DNA from: an uncultured archaeon
Lineage (GTDB): Archaea; Asgardarchaeota; Lokiarchaeia; Sigyniarchaeales; SOKP01
DNA length: 64,000 nt
Direction: 5' to 3'
Assembly: GCA_964486045.1 (NCBI GenBank)
Contig: CAZALK010000006.1
Span: 96,001-160,000 of the forward strand
Position numbers and translations under genes: made by a program. Below the pieces are notes generated by a model that had not been told where the DNA came from, did no database searches, and saw nothing but the letters and a program-made list of their open reading frames with translations. Position 1 is the stretch's first letter, and each line of letters begins with the position of its first letter. Positions 49,602 to 58,448 of this stretch are shown here, in pieces.

Positions 49602-50188
49602 ATTTTAAATAAATAAATAGATCTATTTAAACAGATCTGTTTACTAAAGTTAAATGTATTTAGCATTTAGAATAAGGAACTATTAAATTAATTTATAATA
49701 TGATTAGTCTACAAAACTTGTATTTTCTAAATTGTTTTTATTAAACAATCTGAAATCACTGAAATTTGCTAATTATCTTTATGTATTTTAAGAAATGATA
49801 TTTGTATTTATTTTTTTTAAAAAATAGAATAAAAAAGATATCTATATAAACTACATTAATGAAAATTAATATTGATCTTTAAAGATTATTATTTTTGAAA
49901 GCTAGAGAATATCCAAAATAATTCCTGAAAACACTAAATCTATTACCTCAGAATGGTTTAATTCCGTATTACATAAGAATGGAGTTTCAAAGGGAGAGAA
50001 TTTTAAATCAATATCCAATTTTATTTTTCCTAAATACATTTTATCAAACATTTATAAAATCACAATAGTTTTTGTAAACTTAAGTTATAGAAATTACTAC
50101 ATCTAAAAAATTTTAATAAAAAATATATTTGAATCTAATAATTATTAAAAATCTATAATTATCTAGATTTATAGTTTTATTTTAAAAT

Positions 50189-50310
50189 AAGTATCTCAGA
50201 ATTTGATCTAATTTTTTAATACTTCAAATTCTTAAGCTCAAGTTTAAGTTAATTAGGTATCTCAAAATTTGACCTAATTTTTTAGTTCTTCAAATTCTTG
50301 TTCTCAAGTA
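50189..50310. repeat. Two imperfect about 55-bp direct repeats upstream of the histone gene
   Basis: GTATCTCA.AATTT.GA.CTAATTTTTTA.T.CTTCAAATTCTT...CTCAAGT occurs twice. Confidence 0.65.
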
Positions 50311-50549
50311 TTAAATTTGCGGAACATCAGGCTTCATTAATATTAACACTTCTCAATTTTAACGAAAAAAGAGAATCGCACGAGATTGATCATTTTCATA
50401 GTTTGGAATTTTGTCGTGTATTTTTTTATATTTCTTTTCCCATAAAATTAAGTTAAGGTAAAAATCTTTAAATAAGTAAAAGATAATTATCTATATAACA
50501 AACTCTTTAAAAATAACAAAATTTAATAAAATTATAAAAAATTATAAGT

Positions 50550-50554
50550 GGAGG
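50550..50554 (+). promoter_or_regulatory. Shine-Dalgarno site of the histone gene
   Basis: GGAGG 8 nt upstream of ATG 50563. Confidence 0.7.
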
Positions 50555-50562
50555 AAAAAAAA

Positions 50563-50856
50563 ATGGCAGGTTCTGAATATATTAGTTGGAGTCCTATTAG
50601 GCGTCTTATGAAACTATAATAATCGACTGGATTATTTCTTCAAAATAATGGCGCTTTAATCGTTGCTCGTGATGCAGTTAACGAGCTCGTTGAATGGATG
50701 GGTAGTTCCGCTGAGAAACTTACTAAAAATGCTTTAGTTTTAACTAAACACTCTAAAAGAAAGAAAATCACGAGTTTCCTTTAGAATTCCTAAAAAAGCG
50801 TGAAAAATGATATTCTTTTAGCGATTAAATACTTCAAATCAGTTAAAATAAGCTAA
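50563..50856 (+). CDS. Archaeal histone (77 aa after removing two 30-nt introns): join(50563..50614,50645..50774,50805..50856)
   Basis: Spliced product MAGSEYISWSPIRRLMKHNGALIVARDAVNELVEWMGSSAEKLTKNALVLTKHSKRKKITRNDILLAIKYFKSVKIS has histone-fold hallmarks (PI.RLMK..GA..V, H.KRK.I...DI.LA); intact RBS and poly-T terminator. Confidence 0.88.
50615..50644 (+). other. Putative BHB/BHL-type intron 1 of the histone mRNA (30 nt)
   Basis: Central helix TGAA/TTCA, 3-nt bulges ACT and AAA, inner stem AATAATC/GATTATT, outer exon stem; carries in-frame TAA TAA. Confidence 0.8.
50775..50804 (+). other. Putative BHB-type intron 2 of the histone mRNA (30 nt)
   Basis: Central helix CACG/CGTG, 3-nt bulges AGT and AAA, inner stem TTTAG/CTAAA, distal exon stem CTAAAAGAA/TTCTTTTAG; carries in-frame TAG and TAA. 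Confidence 0.82.
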
Positions 50857-50878
50857 TGCGAACTTAAAATTATATATC

Positions 50879-50896
50879 TTTTTTTTTTTTTTTTTT
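50879..50896 (+). terminator. Oligo-T archaeal terminator after the histone gene
   Basis: T18 run 22 nt after the stop codon. Confidence 0.6.
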
Positions 50897-50944
50897 ATAT
50901 TCTTATCTTATCAAAATTGATACAATTCAAGTTAAATGTTCCTC

Positions 50945-51430
50945 TTACTCCCATAATTCAAGAAAATCAAATTCTGAAAATGTGTTAATTCGTGGAAAAT
51001 GCTTTTTATCTTTTGTTATTAAAATAACTTTATTTGAAATTGCTATAGAAGCATTCAATAAATCAAATTGAGGCACTTGCTTCCCACTTTTATCTAAATC
51101 CGCGCAAATTTCGTCATAAATTTTACTAGAATTTGAATCTAATGTTTTTATTTCGGAAAGGTTGCTAATAAAACTATTTAATTTTTTTGCTTCAACAATT
51201 TGTTTCTGTTTAGATTTTAGAGCATAGATGCCGTACCACAATTCACCTGAAGTTATTTGAGTTATTGTTAAATCATTTCCCTGTGATATTAAATTTTTGA
51301 TTTTTCTTTCTACTTTTTCAAATATTTCTTGAATAAATTTTTTTGCCTTTTCAGGTGAACCTTTTGAAATATATTCAGATATAGCATCGAGGTCTAAGAG
51401 AGCGTCGGTAGACCATTTTATGTCAACCAT
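50945..51430 (-). CDS. Chimeric ParE/RelE N-terminus fused to a truncated VapC (PIN) copy
   Basis: First about 40 aa are ParE-like (IKWSTDALLDLDAISEYISKGSPEKAKKF); the remainder is nearly identical to 48953-49390 from KVE onward. Confidence 0.75.
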   Translation of the reverse strand: MVDIKWSTDALLDLDAISEYISKGSPEKAKKFIQEIFEKVERKIKNLISQGNDLTITQITSGELWYGIYALKSKQKQIVEAKKLNSFISNLSEIKTLDSNSSKIYDEICADLDKSGKQVPQFDLLNASIAISNKVILITKDKKHFPRINTFSEFDFLELWE

Positions 51431-51609
51431 TTTTTCATTCTTTCCTTTGCATCTTCATGTGTAAGAAAATTTCCATCTTTAATTTGTTGCTGAGCTTTAA
51501 TAATTCTCTCATTAACATACAATCGATATGTAATTTCTTCTACAGGTAAATCATCAGGAAGAGATTTAATAAAATTTAATACTTTATCTTTTGAAGATAA
51601 TGGTGGCAT
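51418..51609 (-). CDS. Putative antitoxin partner of a ParE/RelE toxin
   Basis: SKDKVLNFIKSLPDD...ITYRLYV...G.FLTHEDAKERM..W; overlaps the toxin start. Confidence 0.7.
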   Translation of the reverse strand: MPPLSSKDKVLNFIKSLPDDLPVEEITYRLYVNERIIKAQQQIKDGNFLTHEDAKERMKKWLT

Positions 51610-51984
51610 ACTAGAGATATAGAAATTTGATAATAAATATTTTTATACAGCTTGAAATTGTATGTGAACAATGTAATTTCTTTAAGTATTTTCCCAACAC
51701 CCCGATTTAATTCAATTTGTTATTTTAGTATGGTCACTAAGGGATAGGGGACAAATTTTGGCATATAACACTTGTTCTTTGAAAAATTTAAAGGTAAATA
51801 ATATTCTGCATCATGATCTAAATGATATCTATTTATATCAATCCGATAAATAAAGATATTATCTCAATACAATACAGCTTGATTTTTTTTTACTTTCTTT
51901 CTCTTAAACTCTTTTTTAATCTACTTCATATTTTTCTGTATTATCTAATTAAGGTGGATAAAAAAGACAATCGTTAACTGCAGT

Positions 51985-54786
51985 TTATTTCAAAAATAAT
52001 CGTATAGTAAAAGTGGATCCTTTATTCCGTCCTTTAGATTTTACAAAAATTTCACCTTTATGTAATTTAATGATTTCACTTGCGATATACAATCCAAGAC
52101 CTGGTCCTTCAATATCCACATCCATGCGTTTTCCGTACCTTTCTATTTTACCAAATTTTTTAAACAGGGTTGTCATTTCTTTATCGGTTAATCCTACACC
52201 CGTGTCTCTTATGATTATATCCATAAAATTTTGATGTTTAACTGATTTGATATATACGTCACCATTGGGTTGGGTGTTCTTAACAGCATTAGATAATAGA
52301 TTTAAAATTGCTTTTTTAATCATTCCTTTATCTATGTCTGCAATTAAATCGGTAGGAAGCTCAAGATTTATGATTATTTTACGTTTGTCAGCCTGAAAAA
52401 CTAATACTTCAACACACTCCTTTATTATAAGATTTATATCTTCTCTTTTTATATTTATCCTTATTTGACCAGTTTCTATTTCAAAGGCGGTAATTAAATT
52501 ATCAACCATTTCTTTTAATCTATAACCTCCTTGATGGATAATTTTAATAACATTTTCTACTTCATTATTCATCTTGTCATTAAAATAATCTAAAAGAAAT
52601 TGAGAACCAGTCAAAATGGAAGTTAACGGAGTGTTTAGTTCATGGGAAATTCTTGATATAAGATCATTTCTTAATTGATCGAGTTCTTTTAATTGTTTTA
52701 TTTCTCTTTTTATCATATCATCAATTTTTTTTCTTTCTGTGTTATCGCTTACTAATCCAAAAACTTTAAATTCATTATTAATTTCCACTAGGCTCCATCT
52801 AGCAGAGATTGGTACAAAGTATCCTTTTTTATGTTTTATTCTACATTCTATAAATACAGCTTTTTTAGTTTCTAATGCTTTTTCAGCTGTTTCATTAAAC
52901 AAATTCAAATCTTTAAGGTGTACAAATTCCCTAAAATTCAATCCAATTAATTCCTCTGATTGATATCCAATTAAATTATTTATTTGGGGACTAATATAGG
53001 TTAGAATCCCACTAGGTTCAGCTTCCAACAAAACATCAGAAATGTTGTTTATTAAATTTTGGATTTTTTCCTCTGATTCCTTTAATTTTATAGTCCTATC
53101 CTCTACTTTTTGTTCTAAAATGTTACTCAATCTTCTATATTTCTGCTCTGATTTCTCCAATGACTTTAGTGTTTGACTATTAAAAAGCGATATTGAAGTT
53201 AATTCGGCAAATGCGGTAACTATCCTTGATTCTTCGTCTGTAAATTCCCTTTCCTCCCTTGTTAAACCCATCAAACCTTTTACCTCATCGTTAATTATTA
53301 ATGGGGCAATTAATACATTTTTGAGTGGAACATGCCCTTTGGGTAAGAATTTTATCCAATCACTAGTAGAAAAGTCATTATAGTACATTGTTTTTTTGGA
53401 TTTGATTACCTCAGCTCGCATTCCTCTAATTAGCATTGGTAAATCTGGATCTACTTCGTTTGTCAAACTTTTAGGATTTATAAAAATTTTTTGCTGTTCT
53501 TTCTTACTTGGTGCTAATATTGCAATATAACCTGCATCCGCTCCAATTAAATTATTACAAGAATTAAATATCATTCTTTGGGCTTTTTCAAAATTAATAT
53601 ATTGTAAAACCGCCGTTGAAGCATCAAAAAGCATTGAAATTTCTTTATTTCGATTTTTTAAAGCTTCTTCCGCCTCTTTGCGTTCGGTGATATCTCGAGC
53701 AACACTAATAATTGTGTTTTTTCCCCCGAACTTAAAAACTCGAGAGCTAATTTCAATAGGAACGATGTTTCCATCTTTTGTTATATGTTCAGCTTCTATC
53801 ATGAGCTTTCCTTTTTCATGAAGAGTTTTTATATTTGCTTGTATATCAATTTTATATCCTGGAGGAGTTATATCTTTAGGAGTCAACTTCAATAATTCTT
53901 CTCTGGTATAACCCAATCGTTCGCAAGCTGTTTGATTTACCTCAATAAATTGACTACCTCTGTCATGAATGAAAATCGCATCATTAGTATTTTCAAATAG
54001 GGCTCTAAATTTTTCCTCAGAATTTTTTAAAGCTTCTTCCGCCTCTTTGCGTTCGGTGATATCTCGAGCAACACTAATAATTGTGTTTTTTCCCCCGAAC
54101 TTAAAAACTCGAGAGCTAATTTCAATAGGAACGATGTTTCCATCTTTTGTTATATGTTCAGCTTCTATCATGAGCTTTCCTTTTTCATGAAGAGTTTTTA
54201 TATTTGCTTGTATATCAATTTTATATCCTGGAGGAGTTATATCTTTAGGAGTCAACTTCAATAATTCTTCTCTGGTATAACCCAATCGTTCGCAAGCTGT
54301 TTGATTTACCTCAATAAATTGACTACCTCTGTCATGAATGAAAATCGCATCATTAGTATTTTCAAATAGGGCTCTAAATTTTTCCTCAGAATTTTTTAAA
54401 GCTTCTTCCGCCTCTTTGCGTTCGGTGATATCTCGAGCAACACTAATAATTGTGTTTTTTCCCCCGAACTTAAAAACTCGAGAGCTAATTTCAATAGGAA
54501 CGATGTTTCCATCTTTTGTTATATGTTCAGCTTCTATCATGAGCTTTCCTTTTTCATGAAGAGTTTTTATATTTGCTTGTATATCAATTTTATATCCTGG
54601 AGGAGTTATATCTTTAGGAGTCAACTTCAATAATTCTTCTCTGGTATAACCCAATCGTTCGCAAGCTGTTTGATTTACCTCAATAAATTGACTACCTCTG
54701 TCATGAATGAAAATCGCATCATTAGTATTTTCAAATAGGGCTCTAAATTTTTCCTCAGATTCTTTAATTTCTTGTTCTGTCTTCAT
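51985..54786 (-). CDS. Multi-PAS/GAF histidine kinase
   Basis: 3 identical PAS, GAF, PAS, SHELNTPL, NLLSNAVK, DTGVG, GPGLGL. Confidence 0.92.
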   Translation of the reverse strand: MKTEQEIKESEEKFRALFENTNDAIFIHDRGSQFIEVNQTACERLGYTREELLKLTPKDITPPGYKIDIQANIKTLHEKGKLMIEAEHITKDGNIVPIEISSRVFKFGGKNTIISVARDITERKEAEEALKNSEEKFRALFENTNDAIFIHDRGSQFIEVNQTACERLGYTREELLKLTPKDITPPGYKIDIQANIKTLHEKGKLMIEAEHITKDGNIVPIEISSRVFKFGGKNTIISVARDITERKEAEEALKNSEEKFRALFENTNDAIFIHDRGSQFIEVNQTACERLGYTREELLKLTPKDITPPGYKIDIQANIKTLHEKGKLMIEAEHITKDGNIVPIEISSRVFKFGGKNTIISVARDITERKEAEEALKNRNKEISMLFDASTAVLQYINFEKAQRMIFNSCNNLIGADAGYIAILAPSKKEQQKIFINPKSLTNEVDPDLPMLIRGMRAEVIKSKKTMYYNDFSTSDWIKFLPKGHVPLKNVLIAPLIINDEVKGLMGLTREEREFTDEESRIVTAFAELTSISLFNSQTLKSLEKSEQKYRRLSNILEQKVEDRTIKLKESEEKIQNLINNISDVLLEAEPSGILTYISPQINNLIGYQSEELIGLNFREFVHLKDLNLFNETAEKALETKKAVFIECRIKHKKGYFVPISARWSLVEINNEFKVFGLVSDNTERKKIDDMIKREIKQLKELDQLRNDLISRISHELNTPLTSILTGSQFLLDYFNDKMNNEVENVIKIIHQGGYRLKEMVDNLITAFEIETGQIRINIKREDINLIIKECVEVLVFQADKRKIIINLELPTDLIADIDKGMIKKAILNLLSNAVKNTQPNGDVYIKSVKHQNFMDIIIRDTGVGLTDKEMTTLFKKFGKIERYGKRMDVDIEGPGLGLYIASEIIKLHKGEIFVKSKGRNKGSTFTIRLFLK
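53653..54759. repeat. Perfect tandem triplication, 3 x 369 bp (PAS module)
   Basis: Nucleotide-identical units at 369-bp period. Confidence 0.9.
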
Positions 54787-54815
54787 ATCTTAATCTCTCT
54801 CTAATATTTTTTTTA

Positions 54816-54854
54816 ATATTCATATCATATGATTATATCATATAATATGAATAT
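54816..54854. promoter_or_regulatory. 18-bp inverted repeat (1 mismatch, 3-nt spacer) between divergent kinase genes
   Basis: ATATTCATATCATATGAT-TAT-ATCATATAATATGAATAT. Confidence 0.45.
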
Positions 54855-55195
54855 GATCATGTATTTAGATGGTGAGATAAATGATACAAAAAACACCATC
54901 AACAAGGCTTCTCAATCATTTGATAATTATAAAGACGACGTCAAAATGAATCAATAAGAACATCAATATTTAGTTGACATCAAGACTGATCTCTTGATAT
55001 CTTTAAAAGTAAAACATTTCCTTGCTGGAAATATGAAAAAGATGTCATTTTTTCTTCAGTAAACTTCTAATTGAAAAGAATTTTATATATTTCAAAATTT
55101 GTTAAACTTCGCTGATGAACTAATTTGATTTAGTGAGTACATTGCTATATTTGTTCCTAAGGGAAAATATTATGAAAGATTTTTTGTTTTACTAA

Positions 55196-57379
55196 TTGTT
55201 AAATATAGGGATTTATACTAAATATTTACATAAAAAAGATCTAACAATTATGTCATATGACGGTAAAAACATCAGTGGAAAATTACAAGCAAGTGAAATA
55301 AAATATAGAGCCATCTTCGAGCAAGCAGCAGACTCAATTATTATTATTGATCCAGAGACAGGTGAGTTGGTATTATTTAACAATAAAAGCTACGAAAGTT
55401 TAGGATACACGCATGAGGAATTTGAAAAAATTAAAATTCCTGACTTAGAAGTTATTGAATCTCCAGAGGAAGTCAAGAAACATATTGAAAAAGTTCTTAG
55501 AGATGGAGATGATGTTTTTGAAACCAAACATCGAACGAAAGATGGAAAAATCAGAGATATTTTAGTAACCTATAAGGTTATTTCTATTCATGGGAAAAAA
55601 TATATTCAATCTCTCTTTCGTGACATTACTGATATAAAGAAAACAGAAAGACAATCAAAAGAATCAAAGGAAAAACTTAGCTATGTAAAAAATAATATTT
55701 CTATAATTTTAGGTTTTGTTTTTTCAGCTTTTTATTTACTTATAGAGGGATTACTTGACAACTATATTTTCCTTCATACTGAGTTCCTCTTTCAGGATAT
55801 ATTTACAATTGATCCTCACGAGATTCTTGTGCATCTAATCCCAATCAGTTTAATGGTATTTGCTGGTATATTCAGCCAATATTTGATCAACGCACAAAGA
55901 AGAGCTGAAGATAAATTAAAAGAAGCTCAACGTGATCTTATGGAGAGAGTTAAGGAAATAACTTGTTTATATGAATTAACTAAGCTTATTGAGAAACCAG
56001 AAATATCACAAGAGGCAATACTACTAGGGACCCTAGATTTGATCCCCCCTGCATGGCAATTTCCAGAAATAACATGTGCAAGAATAAATTTTGATAATAC
56101 AGAGTTTAAAACAAATAATTTCAAAGAAACTGAATGGAAATTGTCTTCTAGTGTAATTGTAAATGAAAAATTGATGGAGATTGAGGTCTACTATTTTGAA
56201 GATAAGCCTTTTCTTGAAGAAGAAAGATCTTTAATTTATGATATTGGATACCGTTTAAAAGTAATTATCGAAAAAAAGGAAGCTAAACAAAAATTAAAAG
56301 ATTCAAAACAAAAATTTAAGGTACTATTTAATAGCGTAAACGATGCAATCTTTATTATTAGCACTAGTGGTCGATTTATAGAGGTTAATAAAACCGCTTG
56401 TGAAAGATTAGGCTATTCAAAGGAGGAATTTTTAAAGATGACCCCTAATGATATCGCTCCTCAAGAATTAAGATCCGTGTTAGAGAAAGGAATTAAGAAA
56501 ACGTTAGGAAACGGTCATACGTTTATTGAAACGATTCATCAAACAAAAACCGGGCGTGAGATACCAACTGAAGTTAATACTCGAAAGATTAAATATGATG
56601 GAAATTGGGCGATTATTGGTGTGGCTCGTGATATTACTAAACGAAAACGAGCTGAAACTTTATTAAAAGAATCTGAAGCTAAATATCGTGAAGCATTTGA
56701 TAGAACAAATTTTTATAAAGATATCTTAACTCACGACATGAACAATATTCTTCAAGTTATTCAGTTGTCTTTAGAGATAAGCTTAATGGATGAGAAAATT
56801 TCTAAGAAATCGAAAGAATCACTTGATTCGATTCAAAATCAAGTCATTAGAGGGTCAAAGCTAATTTCTAACGTTCAGAAATTAACTCAACTTGAAGAAT
56901 CTCAATTACATAACATTGATATATATAAAGTTTTGATGGATTCTTTAAATTTCTTACAACTGAGTTTTCCAAAGAAAAAGATAAATGTAAAAGTTGAAAC
57001 TCCTCGGAAAAGCTATTTAGTTAAAGCAAATAAAATTATCCGAGAAATATTTGAAAATATACTAATTAACGCTGTAAATTATAACCAGAATTCAGCGGTA
57101 GAAATTCTGATAAGATTTTCCGAAAAACAAAAAGATGACAATAATTTTATAAAAATAGAATTCATGGATAATGGGAGAGGTATACCTGATTCAATAAAAA
57201 AAATAATTTTTCATAAAGGTTTTTTGGAGGAAAAACAATCTACAGGAATGGGTATTGGGTTAACGCTTGTAAAAAAAGCTATTGAAACTTATAATGGACA
57301 AATATGGGTTGAAGATAAAATCATTGGAGATTATACTAAGGGGAGTAATGTTATTATAATGATTCCTGAAGTTGTTTAG
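55196..57379 (+). CDS. PAS/TM/GAF-like histidine kinase
   Basis: PAS, 2 TM helices, IPPAWQFPEITCARI module, PAS, THDMNN H-box, DNGRG, GMGIGL. Confidence 0.9.
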   Translation: MLNIGIYTKYLHKKDLTIMSYDGKNISGKLQASEIKYRAIFEQAADSIIIIDPETGELVLFNNKSYESLGYTHEEFEKIKIPDLEVIESPEEVKKHIEKVLRDGDDVFETKHRTKDGKIRDILVTYKVISIHGKKYIQSLFRDITDIKKTERQSKESKEKLSYVKNNISIILGFVFSAFYLLIEGLLDNYIFLHTEFLFQDIFTIDPHEILVHLIPISLMVFAGIFSQYLINAQRRAEDKLKEAQRDLMERVKEITCLYELTKLIEKPEISQEAILLGTLDLIPPAWQFPEITCARINFDNTEFKTNNFKETEWKLSSSVIVNEKLMEIEVYYFEDKPFLEEERSLIYDIGYRLKVIIEKKEAKQKLKDSKQKFKVLFNSVNDAIFIISTSGRFIEVNKTACERLGYSKEEFLKMTPNDIAPQELRSVLEKGIKKTLGNGHTFIETIHQTKTGREIPTEVNTRKIKYDGNWAIIGVARDITKRKRAETLLKESEAKYREAFDRTNFYKDILTHDMNNILQVIQLSLEISLMDEKISKKSKESLDSIQNQVIRGSKLISNVQKLTQLEESQLHNIDIYKVLMDSLNFLQLSFPKKKINVKVETPRKSYLVKANKIIREIFENILINAVNYNQNSAVEILIRFSEKQKDDNNFIKIEFMDNGRGIPDSIKKIIFHKGFLEEKQSTGMGIGLTLVKKAIETYNGQIWVEDKIIGDYTKGSNVIIMIPEVV

Positions 57380-57412
57380 ATTTCTAATTTATTTAATCTT
57401 ATAAAATAAATT

Positions 57413-58261
57413 TTACGACCTAGATATATAATACCTGAATTTTTCATCATCAATCTGCCATGCTTCAAAAAAATCAAAAGCTTTCTTAATGTTCCATAGG
57501 TTCTTTATGTTTTTGACGCCATTATAGAGATCTGTTAAAAGGTTTTTATCACAAGGATACTTCTGGTGTGACGGATAGAGTTCAAGATCTGGTTGCTCTT
57601 CACAAATTCTCATTAATTTGGACAGAGATTCAAGAACAACTGGAAATAAATCTCTCTTAGGTAGAAATATATCTCCATAATATGCTACATCACTTGTAAA
57701 AAGTTCTCCCTTGCTTGAAAGTAAACAAATTGAACCTGGAGAATGTCCAGGGCAATGGATAATCTCAACTTCTAATTCTCCTAAATCAAAAATGTCTCCA
57801 TCTCTTAATGGTTTAACCCTTTTTGCTGGGGGGATTAAAAAGTTTTGTTTCGCATATCGTTTTACAATTTCATTTGGAGAATCTTTAAAGTAGGATACAT
57901 CATAGGGTTTTGAAACAAGTTCTACTTCACTTTCATGGATATAAACCTCCCCAAATTCAACATTTCCAAGAGGATGATCCCAATGATAATGAGTGTTGAG
58001 AACTAATAGCTTTCTCTTATCTATTAAATCGTCTACAATTGGTTTTAGAGGAGACAAACCACATCCAGTATCGATTTGGAGTGCTGTATGAGATCCCAAA
58101 AGTAAGTACATATTTAGAGGATCATTTCTATAAACAGGATGAACAATTGAGATATTCTCCTTAATTACATATAAATAGTCTTTATGCTTTGAAATTTCAA
58201 AATGATGGGTATCGTTACTCATAATTCCTATTAATTTTTGACGTTTTATAATGAACCACAT
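57413..58261 (-). CDS. Metallo-beta-lactamase fold hydrolase
   Basis: THYHWDH, PGHSPGS, PSH. Confidence 0.9.
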   Translation of the reverse strand: MWFIIKRQKLIGIMSNDTHHFEISKHKDYLYVIKENISIVHPVYRNDPLNMYLLLGSHTALQIDTGCGLSPLKPIVDDLIDKRKLLVLNTHYHWDHPLGNVEFGEVYIHESEVELVSKPYDVSYFKDSPNEIVKRYAKQNFLIPPAKRVKPLRDGDIFDLGELEVEIIHCPGHSPGSICLLSSKGELFTSDVAYYGDIFLPKRDLFPVVLESLSKLMRICEEQPDLELYPSHQKYPCDKNLLTDLYNGVKNIKNLWNIKKAFDFFEAWQIDDEKFRYYISRS

Positions 58262-58448
58262 TTAAAATTTATAATATTGCATAAAAATCTTTGGCATCCG
58301 AGATATGTGGATTTCATCATGAAGAGATAAATCAAGATGAATACTTTCTTTAAACTAGCTTGGATTGATAAAATATAATTATTATCATTAACTAATTTTT
58401 TCAATAGTTAGATTTTGAATAAATAAACAAACTATAAGTTGTTGTAAA

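Noticed and set aside
49905-50000. Peptide IPENTKSITSEWFNSVLHKNG resembling a phosphotransferase N-terminus
   Set aside because: Too short and has no start codon, so it cannot be supported without a search.
50189-50310. CRISPR array
   Set aside because: Only two long imperfect copies, no unique spacers of proper length and no cas genes.
50563-50856. Reading the histone as a plain pseudogene or as stop-codon readthrough
   Set aside because: All four stops lie inside the two inserts, the stops are mixed TAA and TAG, the exons are undamaged, and both inserts independently fit BHB cut geometry.
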